DNA of 64,000 nt from Bdellovibrionales bacterium (lineage in GTDB: Bacteria > Bdellovibrionota > Bdellovibrionia > Bdellovibrionales > UBA1609), in NCBI GenBank assembly GCA_965261545.1, contig CBDHDF010000010.1:352001-416000 (forward strand). The letters are read 5' to 3'. The notes below the pieces were generated by a model. That model ran no database searches, was not told the DNA's origin, and worked only from the letters and a program-made list of their open reading frames with translations. Each line of letters starts with the position of its first letter. The stretch's first letter is position 1. Below, in pieces: positions 55,345-64,000 of this stretch. The position numbers and the translations under genes are program-made.

Positions 55345-56129
55345 ATGAAGCCATTACAGAGTTTAATTCACCCATCATGTACTTATTTACAGATATTGAT
55401 GACACCCTCACTCATCAAAACGGCCTTCTCCCAAAGGAGGCTTTTACAGGACTTTGGGAGCTTGACGAGGCGGGCATTAAGGTGATTCCCGTCACAGGTC
55501 GCCCCGCAGGTTGGTGTGAACTCATTGCCCGCCAATGGCCTGTCCACAGTGTCATTGGAGAAAATGGAGGCTTTTATTTCAGATATGAAAGACAACAGAG
55601 GCAAATGAAAAGACACTTTGCCTTAGATACAAAATCCCGCAAAGGGAACAAGCTCAAACTCCTTGAGATCGAACAAGAAATTCTCCGAGAAGTTCCAAAG
55701 GCCGCCGTCGCCTCCGATCAATTCTCAAGGCTCATGGACCTAGCCATCGACATTTGCGAAGATATCCCCCCATTGCCTGACAAAGAAATTCATAAAATTA
55801 TAGAAATTTTTCACAGACACGGAGCTCAAGCCAAGCTCAGTTCCATCCATGTCAATGGTTGGTTTGGTGACTACAACAAATTGAGTATGTGTCAAATTCT
55901 TTGTGATAAGGAATTTCATCTCCACTTTTCAGAGGCCCTCCATAAAATGGCCTATGTGGGGGATTCGCCTAATGATGAACCTATGTTTAAAGCTTTTACA
56001 CACTCTTTTGGTGTAGCCAATATTCAAAACTTCACCCACAAAATGAAGGCACTACCCGGATATGTCACCCAAAGTGATGGAGGAATGGGATTTATCGAAG
56101 TGGTTCGGCGCCTCTGCAAACTTATCTAA
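55345..56129 (+). CDS. HAD-IIB family hydrolase (first ~4 codons apparently out of frame; in-frame ATG at 55377)
   Basis: TDIDDTLT, VTGR, GDSPND motifs. Confidence 0.88.
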
Positions 56130-56219
56130 AAATGATCTGTGAATTCTTAAGTCACTAAATCATTTTAACTCACAACAAATGACTCTGATTCAAAGGAAAT
56201 ACATCTGATTCACCTAAAA

Positions 56220-56870
56220 CTATAAACTTTCTTTAACCCCATGGTATTGTTTATATAAAATATACCCTCCCCACACAAAGGAGAGAAAAAGAGTAAATGT
56301 TCCCATCCGAACCATAAAATAAGCAATTTCATCGTATTTTTGCAAGTAACCTGTTTCAGACAAGATAAAGTGCCAATCATGAGAGTCAGGGTCATCTTGA
56401 CCTGTGTGTCCCCCTAGAAGAGTCAGCTTCTTATCCCAAGCATCATAAATATAAGGAGCCACATCTAAAAAATTTTGCCCCAACCACCACAAAGCAATAG
56501 AGGACTCAAAATTATCCTTTTGTCTCAAAAATTGAACAACAACCACCAAAGGTACAATACACTGCATAAGACTGCCACCCGCTACCAGTAGCAACTCATA
56601 ACCAAAAATCATAAAGATAAAATGACCCGCCTCATGAAACGCTAAATTCGCACCACCAATGAGAAAAGTTGAAACACCGTAGGGGTTTTCTTCAAAATTA
56701 TTTTGATCCAGAAAGCTCAGGCCCCAGATTACAAATACCACATAAACAACGCACTTCACCTTAAAAGAAGTAGGCTCGATTTTTTTGGCAAAAAACATGT
56801 TATGAAACAAAAGGCAAATCTTATCATATATTTTATGATATATATCGTACACATAGTTTAAATGATTCAC
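56220..56870 (-). CDS. Membrane protein with HExGH motif (M50-like metalloprotease?)
   Basis: FHEAGH...HDW; multiple TM helices. Confidence 0.6.
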   Translation of the reverse strand: MNHLNYVYDIYHKIYDKICLLFHNMFFAKKIEPTSFKVKCVVYVVFVIWGLSFLDQNNFEENPYGVSTFLIGGANLAFHEAGHFIFMIFGYELLLVAGGSLMQCIVPLVVVVQFLRQKDNFESSIALWWLGQNFLDVAPYIYDAWDKKLTLLGGHTGQDDPDSHDWHFILSETGYLQKYDEIAYFMVRMGTFTLFLSFVWGGYILYKQYHGVKESL

Positions 56871-57745
56871 TGAAATGCTTTTATCCTTTTAAGCTCTTTT
56901 ATCTGATCTTCTTTCAAATTCGCAGGTTTTCCAATAGGCTGGTCCACTTGAAAAACAGCCAAGTCATTGAGGACACTTTCATTAGAGGCAATAAAGCCAC
57001 TAACCTTTCCTACCTTCCCGCCAAAGTTAACAACTTCAATGGTTTGATGAATTCGAAATTTTCTAAGAAGAAATTCTTTTTCTCTATGTCCACGAACCAT
57101 AAATCGATGATTTGTTATAAATGTGCCAAAACCAACAACTTTTCCATCAATCGTGATTGTCGCAAGGGAACCATTGGAGGTTAGAGATTTTTGTACAGAT
57201 GCGGGAAGACGCTCTATCAATCCATGCACCTGTTGATATCCAAGCGAAGATACTCCCTTGTAACCAAGAAATAAAAGACAAGCAAAACCACAAGCAAATA
57301 ATTTAAATCCTCGTGATAAATCATAATAATTACATTCTCCGTATTTATTATCATAATGATGAGAACCCTTAAATAAAAGATAAAGATAAAACAATAAATT
57401 AAATATCGGAACAAAATACAAAAGAACATACCACCCACTATGGCCAAGATCATGGAGTCTCTTCATAGTTAATACACAATAAGCATAAACAGTGAAAAGC
57501 ATGATCCCACTAACAATAAGCTTAGTAATGGCTTCAGAAAAACCAGAAGAGCCAGAAGAGCCAGAAGAGCCAGAAACATATGCTATCAGATGGATCAATA
57601 GAAACATCACTGAAAGAGCAAGAAAATTCAATAGTACAAGAAGAAGAATGGAAGAAAAATATGTTGAACGAGAAATCCTACCTTTGTGATCAAATAAAAG
57701 ACCCTTTATATTTTCAAAAAGTGACAAGTGCGAAGCATAATTCAT
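56867..57745 (-). CDS. DUF805 membrane protein with extra C-terminal domain
   Basis: GRISR...KRLHDLGHSGW...NKYG. Confidence 0.85.
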   Translation of the reverse strand: MNYASHLSLFENIKGLLFDHKGRISRSTYFSSILLLVLLNFLALSVMFLLIHLIAYVSGSSGSSGSSGFSEAITKLIVSGIMLFTVYAYCVLTMKRLHDLGHSGWYVLLYFVPIFNLLFYLYLLFKGSHHYDNKYGECNYYDLSRGFKLFACGFACLLFLGYKGVSSLGYQQVHGLIERLPASVQKSLTSNGSLATITIDGKVVGFGTFITNHRFMVRGHREKEFLLRKFRIHQTIEVVNFGGKVGKVSGFIASNESVLNDLAVFQVDQPIGKPANLKEDQIKELKRIKAFQ

Positions 57746-58043
57746 ACAAAATCCTCCATAAACTTCAAGTAAGAAATATTTTTATAATTCATTCTACATA
57801 TTAACACATTAATATGTTAATATATGAAATATACCTAATTATTTTTTATCGGCATAAATATTTATGGGGTAAATACTAATATGAATTGATCTGTGATCTA
57901 AATGATTTGCGCCTCCTTGAGGTCGTTTATTTAAAAGTAATACAGTCAATTAATTTTTTTTATATTTATAATATTATGTATAAAGGATGTTGAAAAACGC
58001 ATTGGTATCAATAATTTATGAACCAAATAACCTCACCCATAAA

Positions 58044-58105
58044 AAGTATCTCAAAATGAGATACTTCTTCATTCCCCCTCAACTTTAGGCTGATATTGCC
58101 GATTC
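58044..58105 (+). promoter_or_regulatory. Palindrome AAGTATCTCA-AAA-TGAGATACTT followed by a putative sigma-28 promoter (TCAA-N15-GCCGAT)
   Basis: Read directly; upstream of the S8 protease gene. Confidence 0.55.
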
Positions 58106-58214
58106 CTTTATTAAGAATATATGCATTTAATAATTTGTATGCACTAAGAATAAATATTACATAAGAATATCTCATATTAATAAAAAGAATATAATTTATG
58201 AGCTTTAACTGAAG

Positions 58215-60122
58215 GTGATAATGAGTGACTCTTTCCGATTATTATTCCTATTTATTCTATTTTTTCTTATACCCACATCTTTATTATTATTTATATCTTT
58301 TTTTCTCCCAGGAGAGGCCATTGCCAATGGGCAACAATCCTACGTTGAAGGTGAAGTGATCGTCAAGTTGAAAGACAGGTCTACAGAACAAGAGACCCAC
58401 ACTTTTTTAGGCAAAGCCCAAGCATCTCGGGGAATGAGCCTAAAAGCTTCTTTTCCACAAATGCAAATGTATCATTATGCCCTCAGAAAGGGGCAAACTG
58501 TTGAGCAAATGGTTCAAGATTTAACAGAAGATCCCAATGTCGAATATGCAGAACCTAATTACCTTTTATATAAGGCTAATTTGCCTGCTGGAATCCAAAC
58601 TATGTCTGTGGAAGATATGGAAATTCTTGCTGAAGAAAGGTCCAACTTAGCCACCGATGCCGCTATTAATCCCATTCAACATTCGTCACTAGAGACATTT
58701 GGTGTAACCTCTAGAGACTCAAGCTCTGTACCCAAGCCTCGTGTGGCTATCATTGATACGGGTTTAGACCCTAATCACCCCGTCTTTGTGGACAGTGAAG
58801 CCCTGTGGGTCAACGAAGGCGAAATACCTGACAACAATATAGATGATGATGGCAATGGTTATAAAGATGATATGTATGGGTGGAATTTTGTCGATAATTC
58901 CGGCACCATTTACGATGATGATGGCCATGGAACCCATGTAGCTGGAATCATTCTGGGCGTCACTCAAGATATATTTATAGAACCATTTGAAGAAGCAAAA
59001 ATTGAGATTATGGCTTTAAAATTTTTAAATGCAGATGGTGTGGGAAGCACTTCCGATGCCATCAAAGCAATCCACTACGCCGTGGAAAATGGAGCTCACA
59101 TTCTCAATAACTCTTGGGGGGGAGGCTCCTATAGCACAGCTCTGCACGAAGCTGTCGCTTACACCTATAAAAAAGGGCTTGTCTTCGTCGCAGCGGCTGG
59201 CAATAGTGGCAAAAACAATGACGATGAGCCCACTTATCCCGCAAGCTACGATGTTCCCCATATTATGTCTATTGCGGCAACAACCTCCCAGGATGGACTG
59301 GCCTCCTTTTCTAATTTTGGAACGGGTTCTGTGGATATGGGAAGTCCGGGGGTTCTCATCTTGAGCACAATTCCTGATGAGCGCTATGGGCTTTCTTCAG
59401 GAACAAGCATGGCGGCGCCCTTTGTTTCGGGTGTCGCGGCCTTAGCTCTTCGTAAGTCTCCAGAAATGCTAGGCTACCAGGTGAAATCCATTATTTTTCA
59501 AGCTTCAGATCCGATCAATGCGCTTGTATCTAAGGTCTCCCAGGAAAGCCGGGTGAATGTAGCCAGCGTTGTGAATCTGGCCCAAGACGCTACTGTAGAG
59601 ACAAGTCAACCTCATTACTCCTTTTCAGCCGCAGAAAGGGAGTTGGCCTCAATCCTTGGAAATGCAAGCTGTGGAAGGGTCACTTATTTTCGTAGTCAGG
59701 GGGGAGGCCCCAGTATGCAAAATCCCCACCATGGAGGAAGAGCTTTGGTATTCTTTGGAATCATGCTCATTCCTATTTTAGTGATCTATGGATTGCGTCG
59801 ACGTCAATTTAAAGGTCAAGGGGAAAGAAAGCATGAGCGTCTTCACTTGGAGTCTGAGGTCAAGGTGGCCATAGGTGACAGTCACTTGGTGGGCTCTATC
59901 AGTTCAGCCTCTTTGGGTGGTGTTCAACTCAACACAGAGGCCATGCTCGAACAAGGAGGCATTGTCACCATGAAAATCACAAGCCCCGATGGCAAAGAAC
60001 AAGTGGAAGTGCAAGGTCAAGTGGTCTGGCGTAAAGAAAAAGAGGCCTACGGTGTTCAGTTTGCCCAGCCGCAGAAAGCCGCCTTTGCTTGGATTTCAAG
60101 CTGTAGCCATCAACCTAAATAA
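58215..60122 (+). CDS. S8 subtilase with TM helix and C-terminal PilZ domain
   Basis: IIDTG, HGTHVAG, SGTSMAAP catalytic triad; RKHER..SLGG..GQVVW..YGVQF. Confidence 0.9.
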   Translation: MIMSDSFRLLFLFILFFLIPTSLLLFISFFLPGEAIANGQQSYVEGEVIVKLKDRSTEQETHTFLGKAQASRGMSLKASFPQMQMYHYALRKGQTVEQMVQDLTEDPNVEYAEPNYLLYKANLPAGIQTMSVEDMEILAEERSNLATDAAINPIQHSSLETFGVTSRDSSSVPKPRVAIIDTGLDPNHPVFVDSEALWVNEGEIPDNNIDDDGNGYKDDMYGWNFVDNSGTIYDDDGHGTHVAGIILGVTQDIFIEPFEEAKIEIMALKFLNADGVGSTSDAIKAIHYAVENGAHILNNSWGGGSYSTALHEAVAYTYKKGLVFVAAAGNSGKNNDDEPTYPASYDVPHIMSIAATTSQDGLASFSNFGTGSVDMGSPGVLILSTIPDERYGLSSGTSMAAPFVSGVAALALRKSPEMLGYQVKSIIFQASDPINALVSKVSQESRVNVASVVNLAQDATVETSQPHYSFSAAERELASILGNASCGRVTYFRSQGGGPSMQNPHHGGRALVFFGIMLIPILVIYGLRRRQFKGQGERKHERLHLESEVKVAIGDSHLVGSISSASLGGVQLNTEAMLEQGGIVTMKITSPDGKEQVEVQGQVVWRKEKEAYGVQFAQPQKAAFAWISSCSHQPK

Positions 60123-60171
60123 TTAAAATAGATTCAAACTAAATAGTAAATAAATTCAAAAAGGAAAAAGT

Positions 60172-61131
60172 ATGAGATCATACAAATTAATGACAGTTGT
60201 GCGCCCTGTGAAGCCCAAATTCTCACATCCAATCTATACAAACAACGGATTCTCTTTAACCTCAGTGCTTATAGCAGTGACTATGTTGTCTCTGGCTTTG
60301 ATAGCCATAGGTATGATTCACCTTCAGCACCTAGAAAAAAAATCAACTCATCAACAAATGGAGCTGAAAAACATCTCCTTGAAATATAATATGTTACAAA
60401 CTTTAATAACGCCTGAAAACTGCACCTGCGAAATTCAAGGGAAGAGCACAAAAGACATCCATGAATTAAATTTAGAAAAAGCAGGATTTAAAAGCCACTT
60501 AAATCACTTAAAAGCAACAAGCAAGTCAAACATAGTAGAAATCAAGCGAAATATCGCAACAGCCAAGCCAGTTATGGCAGCCATACCTACAAAAAGAGGA
60601 CATAAAAAAAGAAGCAACAAAGTAAATAAGAAATACAAAAGCTACTCTGTACCTACGCCCACGATCACCTCAAGTCTCCCTCCGCAAAAGAGGCCACGGC
60701 CACGAACAATTCAAGTCACATCTACGCCTTGCCAAGCTGTTGGAGAGCTATGGCAAAAGCCATCTACTTTACACGAAGGCAAATATAGACGTCACGGAAG
60801 ATCTGAGCGCCTTTATGTAGATGCCTATGGGTTTGGTCGCAGCTATCCAAATCCACAAACAATTTGTAACTGGTCAACAGTAAGCAAATTATATATGGAT
60901 ATAGGGACAGGTCAGATTTCAAAATACAATCTAGAAACAAATGTTTGGTCCACGCTGAAGTGTCCCCCTGGGTACCATATCTTGCAAGGCAGTTCCAGAA
61001 GACAAAATATTGTTTGCAATACTCCTTCAGAAGATGCCACAAAAGTAAGAAGCACCTACGACGAACCTCCACCTGGAAGACTCTCTGTCAAAACTCCTGG
61101 CTGTACAAAGGTGTGCACCCTTAACCCTTGA
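60172..61131 (+). CDS. Type IV pilin/pseudopilin-like protein
   Basis: NNG|FSL plus hydrophobic helix, CTC motif, Cys-rich tail. Confidence 0.7.
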   Translation: MRSYKLMTVVRPVKPKFSHPIYTNNGFSLTSVLIAVTMLSLALIAIGMIHLQHLEKKSTHQQMELKNISLKYNMLQTLITPENCTCEIQGKSTKDIHELNLEKAGFKSHLNHLKATSKSNIVEIKRNIATAKPVMAAIPTKRGHKKRSNKVNKKYKSYSVPTPTITSSLPPQKRPRPRTIQVTSTPCQAVGELWQKPSTLHEGKYRRHGRSERLYVDAYGFGRSYPNPQTICNWSTVSKLYMDIGTGQISKYNLETNVWSTLKCPPGYHILQGSSRRQNIVCNTPSEDATKVRSTYDEPPPGRLSVKTPGCTKVCTLNP

Positions 61132-61229
61132 TTTCACTGCTTGCACAAGGCGGCTCCCCTTTAAAGCAACTTGACCCCACTCCTTCTTTTTGATAGTTAA
61201 GGAGTTACCCTTTAAAAAGGAGCACCATT

Positions 61230-62597
61230 ATGAAAATCCCTAAGCTCTTTGGAACTGATGGCATACGCGGCCCAGCCAACCTCCACCCCATGACAGCAGA
61301 CTTGGCACAAAAAGTGGGCCAGGCCATGGGCTATATTCTACGCAACTCCTCAGAGGGCAGAAGAAACCTTCCCATGGTCCTTATAGGCAAGGACACAAGA
61401 GTCTCTGGCTATATGGTGGAGCAGGCCCTTGCCAGTGGCTTCAACTCCATGGGTATCGAAGTCAATGTCACAGGACCTCTCCCCACCCCTGGCATTGGCT
61501 TCTTAGCCCAAAATATGAGAGCTTCAGGGGGCATTGTCATCTCTGCCTCCCACAATCCTTTCTACGATAACGGCATTAAAATTTTTGGTGCCGATGGCTT
61601 TAAAATTCCCGATACCATGGAAAGAGAAATTGAACGACTTATTCACGTAGGAAAACTCAATGACCTGCTCGTAGAGCCCGATAAAATTGGGAGAACTCGC
61701 CGCATTGATGATGCTGCGGGCAGATACATTGTCTACGCTAAAAATGCCTTTCCCCTAAATATGAGCTTAGACGGAGTTAGAATTGTGCTCGATTGCGCCC
61801 ACGGAGCGGGCTACAAAGTCGCTCCCAGTATTTTTGAAGAACTAGGAGCTGAAGTCATTGTCATGGGCAATCAACCCAATGGATACAACATCAACAAAAA
61901 ATCAGGGGCTCTTTTTCCAGATAAAGCCTGTGAAGCTGTACAAAAGTATCGCGCCGATGTGGGTATTTCCCTAGACGGCGATGCCGACAGAGTGATTATG
62001 GTGGATGAAAAGGGGCGCATTGTGAACGGAGACCATATTCTCGCCATCTGCGCTATTCATATGTCTCGTCAAAAAAAATTACCCAAAAACACGATTGTAA
62101 CCACTCAAATGAGCAACTTGGGTTTGGTGAAGGCTCTCAAAGAACATAAAATTTCAGTGGTTCGCACCAGTGTCGGCGACAAAAATGTGGTTGAAGAAAT
62201 GAGAGAGTCTGGCTATACACTTGGGGGTGAACCCTCGGGGCATATTATTTGCCTCAACCACAGCACCACTGGAGATGGGTGTATTGCCGCCCTCAACGTA
62301 CTGGCCGTGATGAAGGAAAAGGGCAGGAAACTAAGTGAGCTTAAGGACTTAATGATAGATATTCCACAGACACTGACAAATGTGCGAGTGAATCATAAAG
62401 AGGACCTACACCATGTCCCTGGCTACAATGATCTCATTGCAAACATTCATAAGAAATTAAATGGCGAAGGTAGAATTTTTGTGCGCTTCTCTGGAACAGA
62501 GCCCGTCATCAGAATTCTTGTGGAAGGCCCCAACCGAAGGTCTATCGAAGCCTATGGAAATGAGGTTGCCCAGTTTTTACAATCAAAATTGATATAA
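61230..62597 (+). CDS. glmM: Phosphoglucosamine mutase
   Basis: FGTDGIRG, ISASHNP, DGDADR. Confidence 0.97.
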   Translation: MKIPKLFGTDGIRGPANLHPMTADLAQKVGQAMGYILRNSSEGRRNLPMVLIGKDTRVSGYMVEQALASGFNSMGIEVNVTGPLPTPGIGFLAQNMRASGGIVISASHNPFYDNGIKIFGADGFKIPDTMEREIERLIHVGKLNDLLVEPDKIGRTRRIDDAAGRYIVYAKNAFPLNMSLDGVRIVLDCAHGAGYKVAPSIFEELGAEVIVMGNQPNGYNINKKSGALFPDKACEAVQKYRADVGISLDGDADRVIMVDEKGRIVNGDHILAICAIHMSRQKKLPKNTIVTTQMSNLGLVKALKEHKISVVRTSVGDKNVVEEMRESGYTLGGEPSGHIICLNHSTTGDGCIAALNVLAVMKEKGRKLSELKDLMIDIPQTLTNVRVNHKEDLHHVPGYNDLIANIHKKLNGEGRIFVRFSGTEPVIRILVEGPNRRSIEAYGNEVAQFLQSKLI

Positions 62598-62607
62598 AAA
62601 AAGGTAA

Positions 62608-64000
62608 CTAGTTTCTGTCCAGAAAGGCCCATTTTTTGTTCTCTGACACTCCCCATTGAGCCTCCCAATGCCTCAATGGGGGAGTGAGAGTTGGAGATTT
62701 GCCACACAAACTCTACAGATTAAGGGGAAAAAGGTCTTTAAGCGACTTGCGCCCTAGTTTTTTCGATTTGAAGACGCACCCCTACCTTTGGAAGATTTTA
62801 GCACCTTCGACCTGGTCCATTGCTGTTATTCCTAATGGATAAATTTAGGTGACAGTTGATAATTCATGTCTTGCCAAGACAACAAAATTATAGGCACAAA
62901 CGGCATTCTTTACATACCTCTTAAAACCATCATGCCCTTTCCAGTAAGCAACTCTCATACCAAAACATCTCTTAAGGAATGAAATAACAGCCTCTATTCC
63001 GGCTCTCCAATTGAGAAGATTTTTAAAGACCCAAGCACTTTTAACCATCTTTAATATTTTCATTCCTTTTTTTTCTGGGAAGCAAACATCTTTAGCCCCC
63101 ATCTCTTTGGCCTCTTCAAGATTTTCTTTTGAAGCAAACCCACCATCTGCACTTACTTTTACAGGGCAAGCCCCATAGGTTTGTGTCACTGAATTCATAA
63201 CTTTTAAAAACATATCAGAGTCTGCGGGGTTGCCATCAGGGATCTGACAATCTAAAATCATGTTGCTTTGCCCTGAGGTCAGAAAGATTTTATGCCCAAA
63301 CTCGACTTCTCTTTGCCCCTTTACAATAATGTCTGTATGCGGTTCAAAGATGGATAGGACCTTTTTTTCAGAAGATACTTTTTTCCCCTCAATAACTCTT
63401 TTTTGAGTTTGAAAGATGATTTTTTCCAGGTAGAAGGCAACATTTTCTAACTGTTTTAGACTCTTTTTCAAAGCATTCATCTTCACACATTTTTGTTCTT
63501 TTTTTATCTTTCTGATGGTATCAGGTAATCCTTTGTTCAATTTGGTAGCGATTTTTAAAAGCTCCTTATAGCAAGGTAGTCTTTCCGCATCATTTTTGGA
63601 ATTATTAATTTTGTAAAGCAAGGTTTTTGCTCTCTTAAGATCTTCTCTTGAAATAAGTCGCCAAAAATCTTTCATGACATTTTTACGAACTTTTTTAAAT
63701 TCTCTTTCTGTAACTCTTATGCAGTCATATAAAAGCGATGCATCCGTTGGATGATGAATATTTGATTTCGTCACTGTACTGTCCAATCTCATTTTCTTAC
63801 ACGGCTCAATCTTTTGATCTCTTGCATCTGAAACTAAAGAGGCGCTAATAATTCCCCAAGTTTCTTCACTTATTTGAACAATCAAGTCCTGTAAGGTGGA
63901 GTGAGCGTAATTTTCTTCCAATTCAAGGCCCAGAAAAGCTCTGGTGGATACTGAATCGACAAGATTAAAGGCTAACGCACGATAGGAAAGACCTCTTATG
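62608..64000 (-). mobile_element. IS (IS5-like/ISNCY), runs off the right edge
   Basis: Transposase ORF; probable end ...ggacagaaactag just after glmM. Confidence 0.75.
62845..64000 (-). CDS. DDE transposase, 5'-partial
   Basis: RLDSTV..NIHHPTD, SADGGF, WRAGIEAVISFLKR. Frame is open to the window edge. Confidence 0.9.
   Translation of the reverse strand, partial: IRGLSYRALAFNLVDSVSTRAFLGLELEENYAHSTLQDLIVQISEETWGIISASLVSDARDQKIEPCKKMRLDSTVTKSNIHHPTDASLLYDCIRVTEREFKKVRKNVMKDFWRLISREDLKRAKTLLYKINNSKNDAERLPCYKELLKIATKLNKGLPDTIRKIKKEQKCVKMNALKKSLKQLENVAFYLEKIIFQTQKRVIEGKKVSSEKKVLSIFEPHTDIIVKGQREVEFGHKIFLTSGQSNMILDCQIPDGNPADSDMFLKVMNSVTQTYGACPVKVSADGGFASKENLEEAKEMGAKDVCFPEKKGMKILKMVKSAWVFKNLLNWRAGIEAVISFLKRCFGMRVAYWKGHDGFKRYVKNAVCAYNFVVLARHELSTVT

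Overview
Chromosomal window from a bacterium that looks like a Bdellovibrionota member. This is an inference from gene content: a b'/b atp operon without atpB/E, pilin-like proteins with Cys-rich tails, and an S8-PilZ protease. Bases 1-13.5 kb are a pile-up of seven IS insertions from five element types, two of them nested. Removing them at their IRs and target duplications leaves about 2 kb of native DNA. That DNA holds a lolD-like fragment, a type IV pilin-like gene with one internal stop, a hairpin-bearing leader, and a reverse transcriptase gene interrupted twice, whose true N-terminus can be rejoined in frame. One IS1634-family copy carries a 291-bp target duplication. The rest is mostly core genes: agcS-thyA-folA, a rearranged HipT/HipS-HTH toxin-antitoxin pair with twin operators, atpF'FHAGDC, nagZ, tatBC, a Gld-like ABC system, mreCD-mrdA-rodA, a PpiD/SurA-like isomerase, a LysM-like repeat lipoprotein, mreB, namZ, a triply frameshifted tpiA (likely sequencing error), an S8-PilZ protease, a second pilin-like paralog, glmM, and a terminal IS. 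No CRISPR array, rRNA or tRNA was recognised. All calls were made by eye and no database searches were run.
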